The notes under the pieces were generated by a model. That model was not told where the DNA came from. It worked only from the letters and a program-made list of their open reading frames with translations, and did no database searches. The translations under genes were made by a program, and so were the position numbers. A DNA stretch of 24,257 nt from a virus (Duplodnaviria; Caudoviricetes), in IMG/VR virus record IMGVR_UViG_3300017727_003288, positions 1-24,257 of that record; one strand, written 5' to 3'. Numbering within the stretch: the first letter of the stretch is position 1; the number at the start of each line of letters is the position of its first letter. Below, piece after piece: positions 7,991 through 16,298 of this stretch.

Positions 7991-8667
7991 AGTCCTGATT
8001 GCCTCACAATTTCTTTTACTATTTCCACATCAGCCGGAGACCTTTTGAACCTAATTGACCAATGTTGTGGATTTAGTACATAACTTACAATTTGTAATTG
8101 TTCTTCGTTCATATTTTTTAGCATTGCTTTTCCCGACGGACAGTTTAATATAAGCCACGGAGAAATTTTACCATCTTTTATTTCTTGTGTTGCTCTATTT
8201 AGACTGGCGTATTTGAAGTAATGATTCCACGGAGCACCTTTCTCATCAGACCATTCCATCATATTTTTTACGGATCTTTTTACAGCGTCTTCTACCCTCT
8301 CTTTTAAGATAACATCTAACGCATATGTTTGATATAATTCTTCTCTGCACCAATGATCTAATTTAACTCCTGAAGTAACAACGTAATCAATAAATTTTTC
8401 TGGATATAATGGTTTTACATTGCTGAGGAAACTTCCAAACTTTACAAAAGCAGTGTAATAAGGACTTTTGCAAAACTGTTGATATGTTTTAGGTTCTTGT
8501 TGATTTTGACAAAGTTCATAAAATCTAATGTATGTTTGATAACCTAATTGAACTCTACGCTCATCTTTTTGTGTGAATCTTCTTTTTTGTTCACACATAT
8601 GTACTGCTAAGGTTTTTTCACGTGTGAATTTTGCACCACAATGTGGGCAGGTGTATACTTCGCTCAT
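7987..8667 (-). CDS. Hypothetical protein with an N-terminal C2H2-type zinc finger
   Basis: YTCPHCGAKFTREKTLAVHMC fits Y-x-C-x2-C-x3-F-x5-L-x2-H, with Cys as likely fourth ligand. The remainder is helical and unassigned. Confidence 0.75.
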   Translation of the reverse strand: MSEVYTCPHCGAKFTREKTLAVHMCEQKRRFTQKDERRVQLGYQTYIRFYELCQNQQEPKTYQQFCKSPYYTAFVKFGSFLSNVKPLYPEKFIDYVVTSGVKLDHWCREELYQTYALDVILKERVEDAVKRSVKNMMEWSDEKGAPWNHYFKYASLNRATQEIKDGKISPWLILNCPSGKAMLKNMNEEQLQIVSYVLNPQHWSIRFKRSPADVEIVKEIVRQSGL

Positions 8668-9143
8668 AGTATTTTCTTAATGGCCTCTTTGCTCATACCC
8701 ATTTGCTCTGCATATGCTTTAACATCTTTTGCAGTATTAATTTTCGATAACAATTCTATTTCGTCTTCTTTCAAGTTTGGAAAAACCTCTTTTAAGAATT
8801 TAGCAGTTTTATTTTTTCCTGCACTATCTTTGAATTTATATCCTATCCACTCATGCCATTTGATTGTTTTGTCATCATCTTGAGTTGCACACAACAGTAG
8901 CCAAAGCAGTTTTTTGTGTTTGCTTAATGTAAAAAAGTTTTTATTGTAGTACTCATTTGTTTTTAAAATTGTTAATTCTTGTTTTGCTTTTGTGCCTTTT
9001 ATAGCACTGGCATATCTATTAAGCAAATAAAAACTTACTTGCTTTTTTTCATCATCAGATAAGTCATCCCATACGTTTGTTGCTTTCATATCGATAGCCG
9101 CAAGTATGTCTTTAATTGGTAATCTATTATTCTTCGTAGCCAT
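8664..9143 (-). CDS. Possible clamp-loader small subunit (T4 gp62-like); ATG at 9143 preferred over TTG at 9152
   Basis: Size (~159 aa), FYLLNRYAS...NEYYN...LLWLLL...HEWIG pattern resembling gp62, and replication-module context. Confidence 0.5.
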   Translation of the reverse strand: MATKNNRLPIKDILAAIDMKATNVWDDLSDDEKKQVSFYLLNRYASAIKGTKAKQELTILKTNEYYNKNFFTLSKHKKLLWLLLCATQDDDKTIKWHEWIGYKFKDSAGKNKTAKFLKEVFPNLKEDEIELLSKINTAKDVKAYAEQMGMSKEAIKKIL

Positions 9144-9396
9144 ATAATTCAAGTAATACTATATACTTCTCCCATGCTTTTTGCAAGCCTTTATGTTTCC
9201 AACACATCTCTACTGCTCTTTCAGTCATATAATGCTGTCTACGTTGATGTTCTTCTTCAATAGTTGCTTTGTTTGATTTAGAAATCAAAACTTTTGGTCC
9301 TCTGCCATTAGTTTGTCCGTAAACTGTTTCCCCACCATCTGGGGAAGTAAAGATCATTACATCTTCTTCTTTTTTCTTTTTTATTTTATTAGGCAC
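9127..9396 (-). CDS. Small hypothetical phage protein (SPDGGxTVY motif)
   Basis: GTG start overlaps the upstream TAG; I recall the IFTSPDGGETVY motif from small proteins of T4-like aquatic phages. Confidence 0.7.
   Translation of the reverse strand: MPNKIKKKKEEDVMIFTSPDGGETVYGQTNGRGPKVLISKSNKATIEEEHQRRQHYMTERAVEMCWKHKGLQKAWEKYIVLLELYGYEE
9158..9186 (-). promoter_or_regulatory. Putative sigma70 promoter TTGCAA-N17-TATAGT, 14 nt upstream of ATG 9143
   Basis: Minus strand TTGCAAAAAGCATGGGAGAAGTATATAGTATTACTTGAATTATATG, inside the upstream ORF. Confidence 0.5.
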
Positions 9397-9902
9397 TACA
9401 ATAATTCTGTGTAATCAATAGTTTCACACTGTCTACTAATATCTTTTACAAAAAATGCACAATGTGGTTTCTTACCTTCTGTAATTGGCACACTTAATAA
9501 TTGATTGTTTTTGATCTTAGGAAAGTACCATTTTACATCGTTGTAAAAGTTTGTGACTTTTATTGATCCAAAGTCTGCTTTGAATCCTGTCAATGGATTG
9601 AATAAAAATGCTTCAAATCCTCTTTCTCCTAAACTAGTCAACGGAACTACGTCTACACTTGCACTGTTTTCTTGATCGCCTACTGCTATATTCCAATCTA
9701 AAGGCATTGTAAGTTCGTGTCCATCTATTTCTAATACTATTGCAGGACAACTGAAAGATTCAACATATATCATTGGTAAAAAGAAAAAATCAGGCTCTTT
9801 AGGATTACTATTATCAAGCACTGAAAATCTCATATCTTCGTTAACGTGATCAGGCAATTTATTCATTTCATATGCTATATTGTCTAATGTTAATATTCTC
9901 AT
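9396..9902 (-). CDS. Hypothetical protein, possibly a degenerate stand-alone Hint-fold protein
   Basis: 168 aa, beta-rich, ATGA-coupled to uvsW; AIVLEIDGHELTMPLDWNIAV resembles intein block B spacing. Confidence 0.7.
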   Translation of the reverse strand: MRILTLDNIAYEMNKLPDHVNEDMRFSVLDNSNPKEPDFFFLPMIYVESFSCPAIVLEIDGHELTMPLDWNIAVGDQENSASVDVVPLTSLGERGFEAFLFNPLTGFKADFGSIKVTNFYNDVKWYFPKIKNNQLLSVPITEGKKPHCAFFVKDISRQCETIDYTELL

Positions 9903-11356
9903 TTTGTATAATCAACCTTTTCTACTGTGAAAGGATAGTTTGCTTCTTTATAAAACTTTTTCCTTTGTGTTAAATGTCTTTTCGCAAATTTACAAGTTGA
10001 CGTTATATCCCAAATTTGCACAAAGTCTTTGTCTTTTGCCTTACGTATGCCTCTTCCGATTGATTGAATTACTCTTATAAATGATTTGCCTGGTTCGATT
10101 AAAATTAAATTAAAAATTCTTGGAATGTTAATGCCCACACTTGCTACACCATATGTTGCAATTAATACTTTGTTGTTGGCTTCACTAATTTCTTCATACT
10201 GATCTTTTCTGTCTTGTAACTTTGTTTCACCTCTGATAAATGTGCTGTTAGGTATTAGTTCTTGAAGTTTTTCTCCTGCTGTAATTCTATCCACAAGTAC
10301 TAATGTGTTACCTGTTTGTGATATTTTGTCTATTAGTTTAGAAATGTATTCTATTCTTATTGAATTTGTAACTAAAAATTTTAGTTCTTCTTGATAGTTC
10401 TTGTGTACAAGTGTGTCAATCATTTGTACAACATTTACATGACAATTACTTAATACACCTTTTTCCTGTAATTCTTTTGCACTTATTTGATTTATTACAG
10501 GACCAATGCCCGCCAGTATTGCTTGAAACTCGAATTGTTCTTTAGGCACAGTGCCTGTTAATCCCCATCTTAATGGAGCATGGTTTAAATGTTGTGTGAG
10601 AAGTTTTTTTAAAACTTCTGCTTTTGCTTGATGTACCTCGTCAATAATAACTGTTTTAACTCCATGTAAGAATTCATCTAGTGTTACTCTTGCATCGCCA
10701 TCTTTACTTTTCTTATCAAGGATATTTAAACTTTGCCATGTGCAGATTGTGTGTGTTTTGTTTAATTCTTTACGATCACCAAAGTAAACTCCAACGTCGA
10801 GACCAACAATTTTATAATCTTCTTCTGTCTGTGTAACAAGACTTTTGTTTGGAACAATTACTAATGTTCTGCCAACTGGTTCACACAATTTAGATAGACA
10901 CGCAGTGATAATTGTTTTCCCGGCACCTGTAGCAACCTCTTGCAAACTCTGTGGATTTTTTAGAAAATTATTAATAACATCTATTTGATAATCACGTAGT
11001 TCAATGTTTTGTCCTTCTGCAACGTGTCCTTTGGGCCATACTTTATCTGCTAGATAATCTTTATCAACAGTTGAAAACTGCAAATCAACTTTTTCTCTTT
11101 GATCTTCCACTTCATCTATTTCTACACCGTTTTGATGTAGTAAATTAATTATAGTATCCAGATGATTAACAAATCCGTTTCCTCCTAATCCAAAGAAACC
11201 AATTTTCCCGTCCCATCTGCCCAGTTTAAACTGAGGCAAGTATCTCGCATACGGAACTTGAAATTTTAATTTGTTTGCAATTTTTCTACGGATGTCCACA
11301 GGAAGATTGTGTATCTTTACATTTACTTCGTCGGCAATAGTTATTTTACACTTCAT
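9899..11356 (-). CDS. uvsW: SF2 DNA helicase, UvsW-like
   Basis: LRDYQ, ATGAGKT, DEVH, GLTGT, GINIP and QSIGRGIR motifs; N-terminal GRWDGKI typical of UvsW. Confidence 0.93.
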   Translation of the reverse strand: MKCKITIADEVNVKIHNLPVDIRRKIANKLKFQVPYARYLPQFKLGRWDGKIGFFGLGGNGFVNHLDTIINLLHQNGVEIDEVEDQREKVDLQFSTVDKDYLADKVWPKGHVAEGQNIELRDYQIDVINNFLKNPQSLQEVATGAGKTIITACLSKLCEPVGRTLVIVPNKSLVTQTEEDYKIVGLDVGVYFGDRKELNKTHTICTWQSLNILDKKSKDGDARVTLDEFLHGVKTVIIDEVHQAKAEVLKKLLTQHLNHAPLRWGLTGTVPKEQFEFQAILAGIGPVINQISAKELQEKGVLSNCHVNVVQMIDTLVHKNYQEELKFLVTNSIRIEYISKLIDKISQTGNTLVLVDRITAGEKLQELIPNSTFIRGETKLQDRKDQYEEISEANNKVLIATYGVASVGINIPRIFNLILIEPGKSFIRVIQSIGRGIRKAKDKDFVQIWDITSTCKFAKRHLTQRKKFYKEANYPFTVEKVDYTK

Positions 11357-12627
11357 ATTTTTTCAATACTATAAATCATATCGTTCCAGTATCCATCTTC
11401 TTTGTCATAATGTATTGTAAGGTCATATTGATGAATCAATTTGTCTATCTTATTATAGTGCCTAACTGATCCAAGACTGATAACACATTCTGGTTCCCAA
11501 ACTTCTTTCAACAAGTCCTTTGGAATTTTCTTATTATTAATATACACTATTTTTGTGTTAATATCAAGTTTATTATTAAGATTTTGTGACTTTACGTAAT
11601 CATTAAAATGTCTACCCTCTTTCCTATTTTCTTTTCTAAACATTACCGAAATTTTTTCTATTGGAATAATATTTTTGGTTAAATTATGGAACTGTACCAA
11701 CTGATCCAACGGTTCCTTATCATCCAAAATTACAAGCAATGGAAACCGTTGCAACTCTAATAAAGTTTCCAATACTTCGTTGATTGGGTGTTGTTTTTTA
11801 TTAATTTGTATAAATGAGTGATTACGGCTTAATATTTTTTTTGTTAGTGGTTTTAAGTTCTGTGTTGAAGATGTTAAATCCTCTTTATCAAAATGCACTA
11901 AACCTATTTGATCCCTCTTGTCATGATACAAAAATAAGTTTTCTAATGTAGGGTCTCCGATTTTATCTACTACAGATTGTGCAATAAATTCAGGCGTATT
12001 TTTTATTTGTAATCCATAAATTCCTGGTATATGTTTTTCAGGAGCATTACGATAGCCATCTATCTGATTGTATATGTCTAATAATTCAGACTGGATGTCT
12101 TTAATGTGTCCTTTAAACAAGTCAATAGTTTTGTATACTATGGTTTCGTTGTATGGGAAAATGTGTTTGTAATTGTCTGATTTGTAACCTTCTGATGGAA
12201 AAAGTATAAATTTTTTTATTTCAGTAATCAGTTTTGAATACTTCATGTTAAAAGGAAATCTAACAACTAAACATTTACCAGTATCTGAAAATGCTTGATA
12301 ACCGGCACCACTTAAATTATCTTGATAATTTTCTATTGCAATATATTCGCTTCTATCTATTTTTCTTAATGGTCTTCTAATATTATTGATGCTAGACGGC
12401 AAGTCTATATTTCTGTCTAAAAAATCTTTTTGATAGCCATTAGTTAATATCTTTTTGACAACTGCGTATTGCCTATCAGACAATGCCTTGGCTCTGAAAG
12501 TGGATTGAGCAATACTTAATAAAAGTTTTTTATCTTTTTCTGCGATTTCAATAGCGGGTGTAAACTCTTCTTCTATGAGTAGTCCACACATAAGTTCTAA
12601 ACAGTCTTCTATATTGATAATACGCAT
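11353..12627 (-). CDS. Hypothetical protein (424 aa), ATGA-coupled to uvsW
   Basis: Long ORF with its own consensus promoter; LSDRQ and VVRFPFN segments; no catalytic motif recognised. Confidence 0.8.
   Translation of the reverse strand: MRIINIEDCLELMCGLLIEEEFTPAIEIAEKDKKLLLSIAQSTFRAKALSDRQYAVVKKILTNGYQKDFLDRNIDLPSSINNIRRPLRKIDRSEYIAIENYQDNLSGAGYQAFSDTGKCLVVRFPFNMKYSKLITEIKKFILFPSEGYKSDNYKHIFPYNETIVYKTIDLFKGHIKDIQSELLDIYNQIDGYRNAPEKHIPGIYGLQIKNTPEFIAQSVVDKIGDPTLENLFLYHDKRDQIGLVHFDKEDLTSSTQNLKPLTKKILSRNHSFIQINKKQHPINEVLETLLELQRFPLLVILDDKEPLDQLVQFHNLTKNIIPIEKISVMFRKENRKEGRHFNDYVKSQNLNNKLDINTKIVYINNKKIPKDLLKEVWEPECVISLGSVRHYNKIDKLIHQYDLTIHYDKEDGYWNDMIYSIEKI
11539..11567 (-). promoter_or_regulatory. 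Putative internal sigma70 promoter TTGATA-N17-TATATT, ~180 nt upstream of uvsW
   Basis: Minus strand TTGATATTAACACAAAAATAGTGTATATT, which encodes LDINTKIVYI. Confidence 0.45.
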
Positions 12628-12633
12628 ACCAAT

Positions 12634-12662
12634 ATTATATGGGATTTTGGTTAAAATGTCAA
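12634..12662 (-). promoter_or_regulatory. Perfect sigma70 promoter TTGACA-N17-TATAAT, 6 nt from ATG 12627
   Basis: Minus strand TTGACATTTTAACCAAAATCCCATATAATATTGGTATG; the -35 box overlaps the last codons of the upstream gene. Confidence 0.9.
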
Positions 12663-13487
12663 TCGTGAAAAAGGCAATCCTTTGGCGATTTCTTCAGCAG
12701 TCCATTCAGTGTATGCATAATCGTTAAGCCATTGCGTTTTGTCAATTATCTGTGGATTTTCGATGGTACTAATTTCCTTATTTGCAACAGGATATGCTAA
12801 ACTTTCAGGACCTACAAATGCGTGTGTTCCATTGAGTACAGCATGAATTCCTGGATTGCTACTGTAACTTACCACTGCGTGTATATTTTGAAATGCTAGA
12901 TCAAAATCATCATATGTATTTGGAATTTGCTTTGGATGTTGTAAGACTACATTTTTATATACTGCAAAGACGTCTTGTACTGGACATCTTGGGTGTGGTC
13001 TAATTATAATTTTTCTGTCACTGTACTTTCGTATTTCATGGATCATTCTATCCAAATAGATTTGTAAGGTAGGTTGGTTCCTCCACTGATGGCTTTGATC
13101 ATGCTGACAACAAATTAAGATATCGTCACCTTTTTTATTATCTTTTATCTCTAATCCAAGTTGTTTTGCTCTGTCGTTATTGTTTCCTGATGGTCCAAAA
13201 TATCCTAATCTATTAATGCCGTTTATACCGACCTTCCAAGTTTTATTTCTTTTGATTCCGCCTACCTCTAAAAATAAAACATTTTTCTTCTGCTGAATAC
13301 TGGATTCATAAATTTGTCTGTTAGGCTTCATTCTCCCATGCCATAACATACTCCAAAGCACAGGAACGTCACAATCTAATGTGTCATTTACAACTGTGTG
13401 TCCTAGTTTTTGTAAACCCTCAGACACAGCGTCAAAAACAGTGACACTGTTTAAAGAACCATGTTTGCGTTGTAATCCAAATTTCAT
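12651..13487 (-). CDS. KpsC/KpsS-like (capsule polysaccharide modification) GT-B fold protein
   Basis: ILICCQ...IIIRPHP...AVVSYSSNPGIHAVLNG pattern typical of Capsule_synth/GT107-like domains. Confidence 0.65.
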   Translation of the reverse strand: MKFGLQRKHGSLNSVTVFDAVSEGLQKLGHTVVNDTLDCDVPVLWSMLWHGRMKPNRQIYESSIQQKKNVLFLEVGGIKRNKTWKVGINGINRLGYFGPSGNNNDRAKQLGLEIKDNKKGDDILICCQHDQSHQWRNQPTLQIYLDRMIHEIRKYSDRKIIIRPHPRCPVQDVFAVYKNVVLQHPKQIPNTYDDFDLAFQNIHAVVSYSSNPGIHAVLNGTHAFVGPESLAYPVANKEISTIENPQIIDKTQWLNDYAYTEWTAEEIAKGLPFSRLTF

Positions 13488-13489
13488 TG

Positions 13490-13495
13490 TAAATA
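13490..13495 (+). promoter_or_regulatory. Putative late promoter element TAAATA, 8 nt upstream of ATG 13504
   Basis: GTAAATACCTATATTATG lies in a 16-nt divergent gap; no Shine-Dalgarno sequence. Confidence 0.5.
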
Positions 13496-13503
13496 CCTAT
13501 ATT

Positions 13504-14331
13504 ATGACCAAATATTCCGTTGTTACCACATTTAACCAAAATGGATATAATGTGTATGCTAATAAATTTATCAAAAGTTTTAACGACAAGGTGGATAAGC
13601 GAATACCTCTTGTTGTGTATGCTGAGGATTGTCAGCCTGTCGGAGACGATAGAACATTAATTTTTGATGCCAAGCAAACTCTTGTAAAGTTAAATGATTT
13701 CAAATCTAAATGGAGCAGTGTTCCAAAAGCAAATGGCAAGTGTCCTCCAGAAATAAAAGCAAGAAGACCTAGGGACTGGCACAAAGAATTTAAATGGGAC
13801 GCAATTAGATTTGCAAATAAAGTTTATGCTATATTTCATGAAGCAAAAAGAACTGACGCAGATGTTTTAATTTGGATGGATGCTGACAGTATAGTTCACA
13901 GTCCTGTAACACAAGAAGACTTTGAAAGACTATTACCAACTTCTTTTACTTTACATTATTTAGGTAGAGGAAAAAAATGGCCCGAGTGCGGATTTTATGG
14001 ATTAAATTTAAAGTCAGCAGAATGTCAAAATTTTTTACAACAATTTGAACGAATGTACGAAGATGCTGACAAAGGAATTTTTACATTGGAAGAATGGCAT
14101 GATTCTTTTGTGTTTGATGTTGTGTTAAAAAGACATCGACAATCTTTCCCTCAAAGTCCTATAAAAGATTTTAGCGGACACTTAATAAGTGGCGAAGGAC
14201 ATCCTTTAATTAATTGTGAACTTGGTGCTTACTTTGACCATTTAAAAGGTGATAGTAGAAAAGAAAAAGGAAGTAGTTTACCTAAAGATTTAAAAGTTAA
14301 GCGGGTTGAGACGTACTGGAAGCAGATTTAG
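13504..14331 (+). CDS. GT-A fold glycosyltransferase-like protein (275 aa; start revised to ATG 13504)
   Basis: Starts MTKYSVVTTF; LIWMDADS (DxD), ECGF, WHDSFVFD and DHLKG motifs. The track start at 13381 overlaps the divergent gene. Confidence 0.75.
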   Translation: MTKYSVVTTFNQNGYNVYANKFIKSFNDKVDKRIPLVVYAEDCQPVGDDRTLIFDAKQTLVKLNDFKSKWSSVPKANGKCPPEIKARRPRDWHKEFKWDAIRFANKVYAIFHEAKRTDADVLIWMDADSIVHSPVTQEDFERLLPTSFTLHYLGRGKKWPECGFYGLNLKSAECQNFLQQFERMYEDADKGIFTLEEWHDSFVFDVVLKRHRQSFPQSPIKDFSGHLISGEGHPLINCELGAYFDHLKGDSRKEKGSSLPKDLKVKRVETYWKQI

Positions 14332-15277
14332 TTGCCCATTTTCTCATATGAAGCCAACATTGTCCATTTTTAACTTCTTCTAAAGTCCAGTGCATTTGTG
14401 CTAATCTTTCAACAAATAATTGTCTATCGAAAGATTTATGATCTTCTATTTCATTAAATTGATGATGTGCAACAGTACTTGCTTGAGCTCTAGAGGCATC
14501 TGTCAAAAATGTAGGAATGCCTTCAATAACACTTGCACACGTCGGACTACTGTTGTGTCCTACCAACGAATGTGCTGTATGAAAATCTTCTTGCAATGAT
14601 TTTGTTTGGCTAATAAAAATATCTGAAAACGTAGTTGGATCACCTTTCATCCATTGTGCCAACACGTGTCTGTGTGTTGTAGTATTTTTATCACCGGGAT
14701 GAAATCTTATTAAAATTGTGCGTTTAGTGTGCATTCTTATCTGTGTTACAGTTTCCTTTATCCATTCCTGTACACCTTTGCCATCCATACTCCAACCACC
14801 ATCACGCTGACAACAAAGAAGGATATGACCTTCTTTTTGATTTAATCTCCATGGTTTTAATTCTATGTTCAAGTCTTTTGATATCTTTTTCCATCTTTCT
14901 GGATCGGGATGGACATTGCAATATTCTGCTGTGCCAGGAAAAATTCCGTCGTAACCGTATCGTAAATAACCTCTTAATTGTGCAGGATCTTTCCACAAAA
15001 ATAAACTGCTGTCTACAATGATGCATCTTTTTCCTTTGCGTATTTGATTTTCAAATATGTTTTTTCTTAAATTAAGATGCGGAGTATTTTTACTGCTTTT
15101 GTGTACGAAGCCTTGTATAACCGCAACATCGGCTTCAATTATTTGTTTAGAACTTGTAACTAATCCTTTGTCACCACAACGATTTACTCCTTCTATAAAA
15201 TTTCTAATGATCATAGGTTTTTGTGGATTTTTATTTCCAGGTGGAATAACCTTCATGTAAGATATTACTGTAATCAT
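14297..15277 (-). CDS. KpsC/KpsS-like GT-B fold protein
   Basis: ILLCCQ, ILIRFHPGD and VGHNSSPTCASVIEG; paralogous pattern to 12651-13487. Confidence 0.65.
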   Translation of the reverse strand: MITVISYMKVIPPGNKNPQKPMIIRNFIEGVNRCGDKGLVTSSKQIIEADVAVIQGFVHKSSKNTPHLNLRKNIFENQIRKGKRCIIVDSSLFLWKDPAQLRGYLRYGYDGIFPGTAEYCNVHPDPERWKKISKDLNIELKPWRLNQKEGHILLCCQRDGGWSMDGKGVQEWIKETVTQIRMHTKRTILIRFHPGDKNTTTHRHVLAQWMKGDPTTFSDIFISQTKSLQEDFHTAHSLVGHNSSPTCASVIEGIPTFLTDASRAQASTVAHHQFNEIEDHKSFDRQLFVERLAQMHWTLEEVKNGQCWLHMRKWATKSASSTSQPA

Positions 15278-16068
15278 TTTAAATTATACATTTCAATTAT
15301 TTTTAAAGCAGTACCTTCATTAAGTTCTGGCACTGTGTATTGACAATAAGATAACCATTTTAGCCAATGTCTTACTTGATCTGCGATTGGTCTGTATGCT
15401 TGTTCAATGCGTCCTAAATCTTTTAACGTTACATAATCAGCGGCTGTCGGAGCAGTAGCAAACGCAGGAACTCCATAACATACTGATTCTATTGCGGCAA
15501 TTGATTGGTAGGTAACAACAGCATACACGTTATCTTTATCTAGTTGAGAAAATAAACTTCCGCCACCAACTCTTTCTCTTCGTAAACCTTTGTCTCTAAT
15601 AATAATAGGTCTATCTGTGTGTTGTCTTAATTTTGCAGTTGTTTCGTCTATCCATTGTTGTCTTGTAATGCCGTAAAACTTGCAAGGCTTTTCACTTGGA
15701 GTTACCAGTAAAATACTTCGTCCTTGTGGCTTCCAACCATTAAAAATTACTTCCGGATGTCTTTGTGATAAACGTCTGTATCTGTCATCAGGTACATCAC
15801 GTACCTGTGTGTTTTGCACATTATTCTTTACTAGTCTATGATAATGCTTACGTTTGGATAAGTTACCCACATATCCCGTGTCTATGTAGTAAAAAGTTCT
15901 TTCGTCTTTCCAACATTTATGAATATATTTGCCTTTAGTCATACCACGCAACACAACAGGATTGTCAACGCTTGTTTGTTGAACTTTGTCCCAGGTGCTG
16001 TATTCTGCTTCAGTGCCTTTCATAAAATCTTTTATGATGGCATCTTCGTGGTCCAGTGCGTAGATCAT
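15274..16068 (-). CDS. KpsC/KpsS-like GT-B fold protein (HP motif absent)
   Basis: YYIDTGY, ILLVTPS, IIIRDK, VVTYQSIAAIESVCYG and WLSYCQYT..E; same C-terminal layout as its two paralogs. Confidence 0.6.
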   Translation of the reverse strand: MIYALDHEDAIIKDFMKGTEAEYSTWDKVQQTSVDNPVVLRGMTKGKYIHKCWKDERTFYYIDTGYVGNLSKRKHYHRLVKNNVQNTQVRDVPDDRYRRLSQRHPEVIFNGWKPQGRSILLVTPSEKPCKFYGITRQQWIDETTAKLRQHTDRPIIIRDKGLRRERVGGGSLFSQLDKDNVYAVVTYQSIAAIESVCYGVPAFATAPTAADYVTLKDLGRIEQAYRPIADQVRHWLKWLSYCQYTVPELNEGTALKIIEMYNLK

Positions 16069-16298
16069 TAATCTTTATTCTTTGCGGCGGCTTTTATTTC
16101 TTTATCTGTCCAGTGAGGCTTTCCTGATTTCTCCATTGAACCCAAATTGTAAGCGGCACCGGGTGCAACTTTTTCTATCTTGCCTCCCTTTTCTAAGAAC
16201 TTTTTCATTTTTTCTTCAAGTTCTTTTTGCTTTTCTTGAGGGGTCTTTTCGATCTCTCCTGAAACATACGCTCTGTTAATTCCCATATGTCTTGGCAT
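16068..16298 (-). CDS. Small protein with a SutA-like RNA-polymerase-binding motif
   Basis: AGGAG RBS; ELEEKMKKFLEKGGKIEKVAPG matches the FLxxGGKIxx(V/I)xxG signature I recall for the SutA RNAP-binding domain. Confidence 0.6.
   Translation of the reverse strand: MPRHMGINRAYVSGEIEKTPQEKQKELEEKMKKFLEKGGKIEKVAPGAAYNLGSMEKSGKPHWTDKEIKAAAKNKD

Noticed and set aside
11531-11579. Direct repeat TTATTATTAA flanking the internal promoter-like site
   Set aside because: Low complexity and explained by repeated Asn-Asn-Lys codons in AT-rich DNA.
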